A stretch of 64,000 nt of DNA from Sminthopsis crassicaudata. Taxonomy: Eukaryota. This document shows positions 12,419 to 24,003 of this stretch, piece by piece. Location of the stretch: assembly GCF_048593235.1 (NCBI RefSeq), contig NC_133620.1:444693261-444757260 (forward strand), given 5' to 3'. The position numbers and the translations under genes were made by a program. The notes beneath the pieces are model-generated. The model had not been told where the DNA came from. It did not search any database and was given only the letters and a program-made list of their open reading frames with translations. Each line of letters begins with the position of its first letter. Position 1 is the first letter of the stretch.

Positions 12419-13828
12419 TAGTGAGAGTTTGGAAACTGAAATTCAAACTTGTCTATCAAGAGCTGACATTTTCTTCCTCATTGTGGTCTCATCTTGGTGG
12501 GTGGGACGCTTATGAAGAGACAAGATAAAGAGAGAAGGATGGGGGGAGTGGGAGAATGGTGCTAACTTGAGTTAGTAGCAGAGACAAGCAAAACCAAACA
12601 GGAAGGGAAGTAATATTAATCATCAATTTAAAGGGGGGGTATTTAGAATGAGTTCCATATTGACATGTCTTTGCCTACTAAATCATGAGATTTTAGATTT
12701 AGATGTAGAAGTGATCACCTAGCCCAAATTTCTCATTGATTATATCCTATGTAGGCACTATGGATCTTTATCTGAACACGCTAACCCACTGAGAAGTTAA
12801 ATTCCCTGAATTTGGCTCCATATTTTCCCCATCCCTTCACCTTAGTTTAAAAAAAAACTTCTTCAGAGGGTTCAGAGGGTATTCCCTAATTCCATAAAAT
12901 GGAGCTCCCATTAGTTTGTTTCCCTCCGAAATTATCTGTTGAGAATCAATTGAATCGTTCAGATTTTACAAAGGAATATTAGCTAAAGCGGTTCCATAAA
13001 AACAGCTGGTACAAAAGTCTGTGACATTTTCTCAAGGACATTCAGAGTCCAGGGGAAAGTGAGTTCCAGCTTAGAGAGTATAAAAATGATTAAGCAGTGT
13101 GGTGACTGAGAGTTGTACTTGTGACAAAGGTAAAAATCAGAGCCTCCTTTCATGGAACAGTTAAACAGCTCTATTAAGCATGATGAATCTTCGTCACGTG
13201 TGATGTGGACAGTGACATCCAGGTGAAACAAAGGAATTGGTAGGAAAGAAGGAAAAAGATAGGAAGTCCAAAATCTTTCAGAAACATTGCACGAATACAT
13301 GATATAAGCTATCAATAAAGCAAGCATGATATTCATCCAGCCAATTCAAGGATGTAGACTAAGAGTGGTAAGAAGACTGGCCACGGTTTAAGCCAAAATC
13401 TCTCCTTAGGGATTTCCTTCTGCACCGCTGAGTTACTCTAGGAAGCCACACTTACCCCAGATTCTGGAATTTATCTCTTCTCAACTTCCTTGATAATTTG
13501 TAGATAATTCTTGGACTGAGACTGTTTCCTTGACCTATCCCAACATAATTCATATGTAAAGTCATTCCAATTCAAAGGACATTTAGCCCCCAGTTTATTG
13601 CCAATATGTGATTGAGTTATGATTTAAACTAAAGTACTCCCGTTTAAATGGCATTAAGTGGTTTAGTCATATACATATCACAAGTTTTTTTATATAATAT
13701 GTATATATATACATATGTGTACATATGTATATACACACAGAGATAGATATCCTTCTTCCACCCGCTGCTTTTCTTATGCCAGCCTAAAGATATCCACGAA
13801 TTATGTGATAGAGTATACATATATTTTA

Positions 13829-13975
13829 TTTTATTTATTTATTTATTTTTTTGCTGAGGCAATTAGGATTAAGTGACTTGCCCAGGATCACACATCTAGG
13901 AAGTGTTAAGTTTCTGAGACCAGATTTGAACTCAGGTCCTCCTGACTTCAGGGCTGGTGCTCTATCCACTGTCCC
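13829..13975 (-). mobile_element. WSINE1-type marsupial SINE with a 16-bp target-site duplication
   Basis: gctgaggcaattaggattaagtgacttgcccagg...gaactcaggtcctcctgacttcagggctggtgctctatccactg. TSD gtatacatatatttta at 13813-13828 and 13976-13991. Confidence 0.88.
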
Positions 13976-16558
13976 GTATACATATATTTTAAATTCACAG
14001 ACCCCATGTTTCACCAAATGAACTCTGGAAAAATTTATTACAAATGGTGATCTACAGAGATAAAGAATATGGATTCTGAAGTCCTGGCTTATTCCTCTGT
14101 CTCCTTAGTTGATAATATTAACAGTAGATATTTGTATAGCATTTTAAGGTCACAAAATACTTCTATTATCCCATTTCATTTTTTTTTCCTAAAGAGAAAT
14201 TTGAAATTAGATGATTTCCCTAGGGTCACATACCTAGTAAGTATCTGAGGCTGCACTTGAACTCAGTTCCTCCTGATTCCAGGAGTGGTATTCTAGCCAC
14301 TGTACCACCTAGCCACCGCATCTCATTTTGCCTTAAAGAGTTCAATTAATCATGATGAAACTTCTTGGCTTCTGAGGCAGGCAGGCTTATTATTTTTATC
14401 CCCATTCTATTCATGGTGAAATTGTGTCTTGAAGTATGTGGTGTGAGATCTTGGTGTAAATCTGTTTTTTCCAAATTTTTCTGGTTTTCCCAACATTTTG
14501 GTTGAAGAGAGTTGAAGTGTTGTCTTTGGTTTACCATAGTTTGTGCTGCCATTATTTTTCTACTTCTCTATAGAGAGTTAAGTGAAAAGGAGACAGAAGA
14601 AGAATTTATACAATGACAGCAATAATGGGGAGATCTTTGAAATAATTAAGAATCCTGATTAGTGAAATGACTAACCATGTTTTTCAGAAGACTGATGATA
14701 AAGCTTGCTTCCTACTTTTGCTGGAGTGTATATAGACAACAGAGGACTAGAATAGGGGCAACAATTTTCAACCATGGCTAATATTTCCATTTATTTTGTG
14801 TGATTATGCTTATTTGTTACATTTGGCTTCTTTTGGAGGAAAGAATGGCAAAGATTGTGTAATAATGATGTGTAAAGAAAAGAGTACTAACAGAAAAAAA
14901 TACATAGAAGATAGGAGAAGAAAATTCAAAAGAGAATCCAGACAAGGGTATTTACTTACCATCATGATAAATTACATATATACTTAACAGACCATTTGGA
15001 GCAGTTCAAGAAAATCAAGTGTTTCTCTATTGCTTCTAAAATCATATATATAACCATTTTTTTTTGGTATTTTATACTCTGCAACAGTCTTCTGTGTCTA
15101 TTTCTCTATATATCTTTCTGTTTGTCCATCTTTCTATCTCTGAATCTATATCTTTCTCTGTCTTTCTGTTTCTGTCTCTCTGTCTCTGTCTTTCTCTTTA
15201 CTTTGGTCTCTCCTCTTCCTCATCCTCTCTGAGCTTCTTTTTGATAAGAGAACGATAAGATATATATAAGTATCCTCAATTAATCCAAAAATTCTTTCTG
15301 TTTTCATATCTGTTCATCCAAGGATTTTTTATTATTTAACCTAAAGTGTTTGATTGCCTATTGCTTGAGACTTGTTGCTTTTGACCTTTTAACTTATTTT
15401 AAGAGAAGTGGGGCTACTTGGTCTTTTTGCTCATTCAGCAGCCCACCCTTATTTTAAAAAAAAGACTATGTATACGAAAATCTATGTTTTTATAAAATAT
15501 TTGAAAGCTACAAAGTGTCAGAGTCAAGACAAAAATTCAAACCTACTGATTCCAAATTAAAATCAGGTTAAAACAAGTACTTGGTAGGTTAATGTTAAAT
15601 ATACTGAATCTTTGTAGAAGCCCAGCTTAGCTAAGCTCTGCATCAGAACTCAGACAGTAAAGACGGGATTTGGATCTAATAATTCTGACTCCAAATGCAG
15701 GATTTTTTCCTGCAGTCATGTGAAATAATTCCTGTTTTGATGATCTCTTTCCTCATTATTTTTTCCTCTCTGACATTAATTTTCCATAATACTGTGAGAA
15801 TATCTCTTACATATACACTATTTTTTGACAATTTCCTAACAACATCAAAGAATTGAAAAGCTGGAACTGATGCAATTGTCTAGTCCAAGATATATTCTAC
15901 TAGTACTTCCTCTTTAGATAGTCACCCAACCTCTGTTTAATGATCTCCAAAGGAGAGGAACCAACTGCCATTTGAGGCTGCTGGTTTCAGCTTTGGACAG
16001 CTCTAATTGTGGGGAAGTTTTTATTGTTATTAAGCCTTTATTTATCTCTTTGTCACTTCTAATTGCTCTTAGTAGGTACAGACAGTACAAGTGTGAACAT
16101 CTTCCTCATGATAGCCTTTCAAATACTTGAATACTAGTACAATGACTGCCCTAAATCTTTCCTTTCTTCACTAACTATCCTTCCACTCATTCTTAAATGA
16201 CAGGAACTCAAGACTTTTCTTATTCCTGATTACTATTCTTTAAACATTATTAGATTTCCAATTATCTTGCTTAAACTGTGGTGTTTAGAGTTATAATAGA
16301 GGCCAGAATATGGTGAGATTAGCAATCGTTATTCCAGGAACATATGCCTCTTGATGTAAATTAGACATTTAGGGGGCCAGTCAGGGTGCTGCATCAGAGA
16401 TTGTCATACACTTCAACCACTAATTTTTTTTTCATTCAGAACAAATGCTGTCTGAGTAATCACTCCTTATCTGGGATGATAATAAGAGATCCAATGGAAC
16501 AATCTGATTTCTTCTGAGAAAACCAAAAACACACAAAAAGCATTTGGCTTGAAAAAGT

Positions 16559-16564
16559 TTTATT
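16559..16564 (-). terminator. AATAAA polyadenylation signal, B1
   Basis: Same conserved context as in gene A. Confidence 0.7.
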
Positions 16565-16867
16565 CTGAACTCTCTGTCCAATACATATTCGTGGAATCCA
16601 GCAGATGGCTCCAGAATTCAAAGGAACCAAAGTTTAGGTACTAATCAAAGTCTCCATGGGGGACAGGCATCCTTCAAATGTGCAAATAGGACTAATAAAT
16701 ACCCCAAATGCTCTCCCAATAATTTACATAAATTAAATTTCACTGATAAAAATATCTCAGGAAGGCTGGTATCTGGGGAGATTATTTCTGAATGTGGAAT
16801 TCCTAAGCTTGGTCCATTTCCTTTTAAGATTCATTGTTCTAAGCCTCTGAAGCCTTCAATTCAGCTC

Positions 16868-18132
16868 TCAGTCATGTATGTACTTCTGAACCCAGCCATC
16901 ATTTGGGTTGGCACACTTCTCCTGCCCTTTTTTGGTCAGGAAACTGTAGAGTAAGGAAAGAGAATATGAAAGATCAAGGACCTTTCCAACTGGAAATTAA
17001 GGGGAAGTCTCTCTGTTACCCTTTTCTCAACTTTCTGTAGATATCTGGAAGGGACTAAGGAAACACTCTCCCAAGTTCTGAAACCTCCATCAGATCCACA
17101 GAGTCCATCTGTCTCTTTCTAGAGACATCTCCATGAGAGATTTTCTCAGCCTCCTTTCTGACCTCGAATTATTGTTGCTTCCATTCATCCCTCTCCATTG
17201 GAGAGTGTTGTTCACCTCTTGCTCCCAGAAAGACCAAACCTGGACATGGACCACATGGGCCACTGCTCTCCCTTTTATCTCCCTGAGCTGTCTGATGTAG
17301 CCATTTGGCCAAATTGCCAAACAGGTTCATTTTCTCTTTCCATCATCCTACCCGAATCCTCTAAGAAATCTCAATGGGTAGATACTCACACCACAGCTGG
17401 CTGGGAACACAGGCTGCTGGTCTTATAATAGTCTGTCACAAATTTTCTGGGGATCTGCTGTCTGACATGGGAGAAGCAGCAGGCGGTGGGAGTGTTGGAG
17501 CCCAATGTAAAGAAAAGAGTTGCATGAAATCAGTAAGACCATACAGATTCCGTGGGTAAGGTTCTTCATCAGACACACACTGGGGATGTCCTTTCTCATA
17601 TCTCCCCTCTAGTACTAGGCATGGTTCTCTGGGAAGGAGGAAGATGAGACCTGACATTCCCATTCCCAGGTGGGTATCGATGGAGAAAACATAAAAAACT
17701 AGAGATGGATGGGATGTCAAACATCACACTGTTCAGATTCTTTTTTAGAGAGGAAAATGCTTGTCACAAGTAATTTAGTATCAGAGCCAGAACTAGGACC
17801 AAGCTGGATAAAGGCTCAGTCTAGTGATTCTTGCTTGTCTTGATGTTACGTATTAAATAGCAAATCAAGTCAAGAGCATATTCTTAATTACAAGTCTAAA
17901 GGCATTAAAAACCCTATGTGCTCTTGCCCCTGTCATTCAGGGCTCCCCCTCCCCATACTCCCAAATCTCTGTGATCATATCAAGCTAATCTGTCAGCGTT
18001 GTCCCAGAGTATGACTAGAGCCTGGGTACAGACACAGAGGCAGGAGGAAACTCACTTACTTGGTGTAGAGGATGCCAGAGAACTGAAGATCATGACTATG
18101 AGTATGGAAAGGGCAGCCACAGAGACCTTCAT
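16868..18132 (-). pseudogene. CCL4-like gene B1; exons 18060-18132, 17390-17504, 16868-16943; intron-1 acceptor AG>AT
   Basis: Exon frames give [87 protein letters not shown]. The acceptor reads tttacAT|TGGGC at 17505-17506, where gene D has cccAG|TGGGC. It may still make alternative transcripts. Confidence 0.8.
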
Positions 18133-18221
18133 GATCCTGAGAGGCAAAAGGGGCTGTGGGAGCAGAGCACAATCTAAGAGACTCTGCAGATCTCTGTCTC
18201 AGTCTCATGTTTGGACCCTGA

Positions 18222-18304
18222 TTTTATAGGGGCATCTGAGAGAACCCAGGGAGATGGAGGCAACATAAGAAAGTAGAAATTCCTGTGTAAAATGTATGAT
18301 ATCA
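18222..18304 (-). promoter_or_regulatory. B1 core promoter: TATAAAA 18222-18228, degenerate kappaB, mutated ATF/CRE TGATATCA (copies: TATA 29529-29535 and 40908-40914)
   Basis: Positional homology to the A and D promoters. Confidence 0.65.
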
Positions 18305-20832
18305 TGGGGGGATTGTTAACTCAAAAGTGAACATAGGAAATACAAGGCTGGTGTCAAGAAACTGAGGTACTCACCCGCAGGGCAGTTTCATCATGGGAGA
18401 AAAAGGAGGGGGGATAGAGAGAGAAGTGTGCATGTGATAGAGCGGCAAAGGTGTTAAGGGGGAAGTGGTGAACTTGTGTTAGAAGCAGAGACAGATAAGA
18501 AAAGTACAAAATCAAATAGCAAAGGGTTAAGCTCATCCTTTATCTAAAGGAGTATTCCTACTGCCTCGATATCAGAACAGCCTATATTTTAAGTGTGTAG
18601 ATTTAAAACTAGAAATGTCATTAGTGATTTAGTCCAACACTTTCTTTTTAAAACTAAAGAAACTGGGCTCTAAAAAGATGTGACTAATGCTAGATCACAA
18701 TGACAGTTAGAAGCACTTCTTGGATCTCATTCCTTATCTGCTGACTATACATCTTTTCACTCAAAAAGACTAGCCCATACAAGAAATTCGTGTCCCCTTA
18801 TCAATACTCCCAAGGAAAATTTTTGTGGAAATGAGGACAGAACAGCACCAGGCAATGGGGACATTTAATTTTGTTCCATTCCTTTCTATATGATGCCATT
18901 AGCATCAATTTGCATAACTTTTTAAGGGCACAAATTTTTTTTGACATTGACCATTTAAGCTTAGTATTTTTATCCCCTTCTTTCTAAACCTTACTAGTTG
19001 TATGGTCTTTAATGTCCCAGCTAACAGTCTAATAAGAGGTATTGGAAAAGAGTGGCTACAAAATTATTGGTTATTGTAATGAAGCATCTAACAGATTCTG
19101 GATCCAATCTTGGCCATTCTGACATCAAGGAAATTTACATAAACTGTGGGGGGCACTTAAAGGGAAGGAGGCAATGTGATACTGTAGTGGGCCTGTAGGT
19201 ATGAAATAATGAGCAGAATTGCTAGATATTAATACAACATCATCATAGACATGTCCTTTTTAAAAAAAGAAAATGAAATTGATTTATAATCAACAAAACA
19301 TTATGTGGAGAAATGCTTGAGATGTGGATATAATAGATAATGTTGCCACTAGATGAATTCAGGAATGATTGTAAGGTATCTCCTTCCATTTCCCTCCAGT
19401 TTGCTTTTGATACAATCTTTCATGTCTAGTTATGGTGATGCTTTGGAGGATATTGCACTATATTATATAAGATGCTATATCTGATTTCTGTCTGCCTGCC
19501 CTCCAGTTTTCCTAGAATTTTTGTCACATACTAATCTTTCCCCAAATGGGTGACATTCTTGAGTTGGTCAAACTCTCTTTTGGAATATATACAAGCCCCT
19601 TCAGAATGAAGGAAATGGAAGTAGGAGAAAAACTGATGAAATGACTTTAATATCGTAGAGGAAAGCAACTTTGAATGAGTTAAGAATGCTGATGATTGCA
19701 ATGACTCATTATTCCATGAGAAGACTGAAGATGACACCTTTTTTCCTCTCTTTTGGCATGGAGGTGACAAATTAGAAGTATCAAATCAGTCAAGCATTTT
19801 CAGTCATTGCAATGTTTTCGATTGCTTTGCTATTTTTACTTAATCTGTTATATGAAAGGTTTTCTTTTGGGAAATGATGGCAATTAGTGGATAACAATGG
19901 CCATCTAAAAGGAAAATGAAAGCTCAGGAATGAAAAAAATAAATTAGAAACACAAAGAGAACAGAGCAGAAGTAAGGACAGAAGGAGATGCCAACAAGCA
20001 GGGGAGTTTCCCTACCATTGTGATAAATTTAATATATACTTTAAAATAGCCAAATATGAGCATTCACTGATATTTTATTATTTGTAATGAAAAGGAACAC
20101 TTTATGGTCTCTGAGTGTCATAGCAATGTTTTTGTATGAAAGAAATTAGAGGAGACACTACAACATGGGTTTAGGGATTACTCCCTTTTAGTCAATGGTT
20201 CTTCTTGAAAAATTCTGCTTAGTCATTGTATAGGTTTGGACTGTGGCTCTTCCCTATGACTCTTTCCATGTGCAGAGAGTCCCAAGTTACTTTTTCTTAT
20301 GCTCAGTGTTGTCTGAGTCATGGGAGAGGAAAAAAAGAGAAGGAAAGAAGATCTTCTCAGCCAAGAAGGAAGAGGGAGAAGAAAATCAAAACAGATCTAG
20401 GATTCTTCCTTCATAGTGTAATTTTTTAAAAATGGACTTCTCACATTTTGAACTCAGCATATTTCAGGCAAGTGTTACCTCATACAAAAATCCATTTCTA
20501 ATTCCCCATGTATACAATGCTTCTCTCCATCCTCTGTAGTTAATGTAAATTTATTTTGTAAATAAAATTTAAAATTTACTTCTCTGGCTATGTAGAGTTT
20601 CCTTACACTGGACTTCACATTCACTTGAACGACATATTCCTTCTGGGTAGGGATTGTTTTATTTTTTTTTCTATCTGGGACTTTGCCACCTAGCACACAT
20701 CATATGGTAGCTACTTAATAAAACTTGTGTAATACCAATAAATGTTGTAGAGGGATTTGCTGTCCAAGGTAAAAGATTGGCCTCATTGACCTCAAAGTTC
20801 TTGCCAGTCCTGCATTTCTTCGGTTCTATTCT

Positions 20833-21975
20833 TGGTTTTGTTTTTTGTTTTTTGTTTGTTTTTTGTTTTTTTCATTTTATATTCTCTTTTTTTCTCTTTT
20901 TTTTAAAAAGCTTTTTCTTTTCAAATGTGGTATTTAATTGAGGGTTTTTAATTTGCCCTTTTTTTAGTTGTAAAGCCAACTCACTGATCTCTTTTTCTCT
21001 TTTATGGAAGTAAGCATCTAGAGATATAAAATTTCCCATAGTAATCACTTTGGCTGCATCCACAAAGTATAGTATGTTGTCTCATTCCCTTGGATGAAAT
21101 TACTAATTGTGTCTATGAATTGTTGTTTTGCCCATTCATTCTTTAGTATAGGGTTATTTAGTTTCCAATTAATTTGGGGGCTATTTTCCTCTAGCCTTTT
21201 ATTGCATATGCTATTTATTGCATCATGATCTGAAAAAATGCATTAATATTTCTACCTTTCTGCATTTGATTTTGAGTTTTCATGCCCTAATATGTGGTCA
21301 ATTTTTGTATACTTTCCATGAATCACTGAGAAAAAAGGAAACTCCTTTTTGTCTCCATTCAATTTTCTCCAAAGACTTCTTACCTAAGTTTTCTAACATT
21401 CTGTTTACCTCCTTAACTTCTTGCTTATTTATTTTGTCTTTTGATTTATCTAGTTCTGAGAGAGCAACGTTGAGACCCCCAGTAGTGTGGTTTTGCTGTC
21501 TATTTCTTCTTGCATCTCTCATAACTTCTCCTCTAGGAATTTGGCTGCTACACCACTTGGTCCATATATGTTTAGTACTGATATTCATCTTCATTAGTAT
21601 TGATGTTCATCTTCAATATCTATAGTAGCCTTTAGCAAGATATAGTTTCTTTCCTTGTTTCTCTTAATTAGATCAATTTTTGCTTTTGCTTGATCTGAGA
21701 TCAGGATTGCTACCCCCACTTTTTGTATCACCCTGTTTCAGGTGTGTTTCCTGTAAACAACATATTGTAGGATTCTGGCTTTTAATCCAGTCTGCTAATT
21801 GCTTCCTCTTTATGGGGGAGTTTACCCCATTCATATTTATGGTTAAAATGACTAATTCTATATTGCTTGCCATCCTGTTAACCCCTACTTATGCTTTTCT
21901 CCTTTCCTTTCCTCTTACCCCCCTTCCCAGTATTAAACTTGTGAGCACCACTTGCTTTTCACAGCCCTCCCTTTT
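20833..21975 (-). mobile_element. Degenerate L1 fragment: inter-ORF region plus ORF2 endonuclease region with an A-rich tail
   Basis: Frameshifted EN motifs: NGVNSPIKRKQLADWIKSQNPTICCLQETHLKQ, GVAILISDQAKAKIDLIKR, LNVALSELDKS..KINKQEVKEVNR, FFSDHDA, NWKLNN. Confidence 0.92.
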
Positions 21976-21984
21976 TAGTATCCT

Positions 21985-22320
21985 TTCCATTCCAAATTTT
22001 TTCCTCCTTCCATCCACTTCCTCCCCTAGGTGGCAGGTTGTCCAAGACATCTTAAATATGTTAAAATATATGTTAAATCCAATATATGTATACGTATTTA
22101 TACATTTATCTTGCTAAAGAAGAAAAAGGAGGGAAAAAATCTGGGAAAGAAAACAAAATGCAAGTAAATATCAACAGAAAGAGGGAAAATGATATATTGT
22201 GATCCACACTCAATTCCCACAGTCCTCTCTCTGGGTTGTATGGCTCTCTTCATCACTTAACAATTGTAAGTGGTTTGAATCATCTCACTGTTGAAGAGAG
22301 TCATGTTCATGAGAATTTAG
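21985..22320 (-). mobile_element. L1 3'UTR fragment abutting the ORF2 fragment
   Basis: Contains ccaaattttttcctccttcc...cccctaggtggcagg...ttaaatatgttaaa, typical of marsupial L1 3' ends and similar to 53040-53140. Confidence 0.7.
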
Positions 22321-23744
22321 TTTTATCTATCATTTTCTTTACCTCAACTTCCCATCTTCCTCACCCTCTCTGAGCTTCTGGTTGATAAGAGAAACAAGAT
22401 ATGAACATATTTCTTCAGCCAATCCAAACACTCCTTCTGTCTTCACACTCTTCATCTAAAGATTTTTTCTAATTTACCCTAAAGGATGGGATTAACTAGT
22501 TGCTTAAGACTTTTATCTAGTACCTTATGACTTACTTTAAAAGAGTTAGAGCCACTTGATTTTTTTTCTTGGCTAAATCAACAGCTCATCTTTATACTAT
22601 ATAGCATATATACACATTGACATGCAGATTCCTGTCTTTATAAACTCTCATTTGAAAACAAATTCAGAGGCAGGATAAGGATTCACATCTACTGAATCTA
22701 AATCAAAAGTAATCAATTTAGTACAGATGCCTCCAACATTAAAAGAAGTACTTGTTAGGCTAAAGTTAAATATACTGAATCTGTGTAGAAGCCCAGCTTA
22801 GGTAAGCTATACATGGTCACTCAGATAGTGAAGCCAGGATTTGGCCTAATTATTCTGACTCTACATGTAACACTTTTTTCTGCTATTATGTCATGAGAAA
22901 TAATTCCCATTTGATGACCTCTTCCCTCATTCTCTTTTTGTGTGACACTGAATTTCCATTGTGCCCTGAGCATATCCCTTTCATATACACTGTTTCCTGA
23001 AAGTTCTCTGACAACATCTCAAGATCATAGGATTGGAGACACAGAAGGGAACCCACCAGACATCTAGTTCAAGACATAAGCAACTAGAGCGTCTCTATGA
23101 CTGGTCACCTGACCTCTGTTTAATGACCTCCAAAGAGAGGAGCCAATTGCCATACTAGGCATCTGATTTCAGGTTTGGAAAGTTCTAATTAGTGGGAGGT
23201 TGCTATTTATCCTATTATTAATCCTCTACCTCCTTGTCATTTTTACCCATTGCTCATTTGGGCAGAAACACTACAAGCCTGACCCTCCTCCTCATAATAG
23301 CTCTTCAAATACTTCAGTAAAACTACCATAACTGCCATGAATTCTTTCCTTTCTTCATTAGCCATCCTTCAACTCATCCTTAAGTGACAGGGACTCTGGA
23401 CCATTCTTCTTCCTGATTAAACACTACTGCTAACCCAATATCTTTCTAAACTGTAGTGCACAGAATTGAACATAGTATTAGAGGCCAGACTATGGTGGGA
23501 TTAGCAATCCTTCTTCTGGGAACCTATGCCTCTCGATGTAGATTAGACATTTGGGGGCATTGAGTTTGCTGAATCAAAATGAGATAGTAATACACTTCAA
23601 CAACCATTTTTTTTCATTCAGAATAAATGCTGCCTAAATCATCTCCCCCTTTCTAGTATGATAGTAAAGGAACTCTATCTGAGCAATCCTATTTCTCTTG
23701 GGAAAACAAAAAAAAACACAGAAAACATAATGGCTTGAAAAAGC

Positions 23745-23750
23745 TTTATT
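23745..23750 (-). terminator. AATAAA polyadenylation signal, C1 (copies at 35076-35081 and 46457-46462)
   Basis: Same conserved context as in gene A. Confidence 0.75.
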
Positions 23751-24003
23751 CTGAACTCTTTTTGTCCAACACATATTCATGGAACTCAGCAGATGGCCCC
23801 AGGTTTCAAAGGAAGCAAAGGTTAGGGCCTAACCCCCATGAGGGACAGGTGTCCTTCAAAGTGAAACTAGTACCAACAAATACCAAAACTTCCAGCTAAT
23901 AATTTAAATAAATTAAATTTAACTGATTAAAACAAGCCAGGAAGGCTGGGTTCTGGGGTGATTTCATCTGAATGTGGAATTCCTTGGGTTAGTCCATATC
24001 CTT

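Larger units (their letters stand above)
8060..14060. repeat. Ancient ~6 kb single-gene duplication monomer (gene A unit)
   Basis: 8060-10900 is colinear with 14080-16800 (SINE, ggcttctgagg..aggcaggcttatt block, CT microsatellite, CR1/L3 piece, 3'UTR). 12300-15350 is colinear with 25300-27750. Many substitutions are visible. Confidence 0.85.

Noticed and set aside
17436-17720. 94-aa minus-strand ORF conserved in B1-B3
   Set aside because: It is an off-frame read through intron 1 and exon 2 of the B gene, and it is broken in B4.
17504-18059. B intron 1 as a minor-spliceosome (U12, AT-AC) intron explaining the AT end
   Set aside because: The 5' site is GTAAGT rather than RTATCCT, there is no TCCTTAAC branch motif, and the terminal dinucleotide is AT rather than AC.
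19100-19900. Cassette spacer as a decayed DNA-transposon (piggyBac-like) coding remnant
   Set aside because: The resemblance is only compositional. There are no terminal inverted repeats, TTAA duplication or convincing motif, and all frames have stops.
21218-22117. 135-aa and 145-aa plus-strand ORFs repeated three times
   Set aside because: They are antisense readings of the L1 fragment and recur only because the cassette is duplicated.
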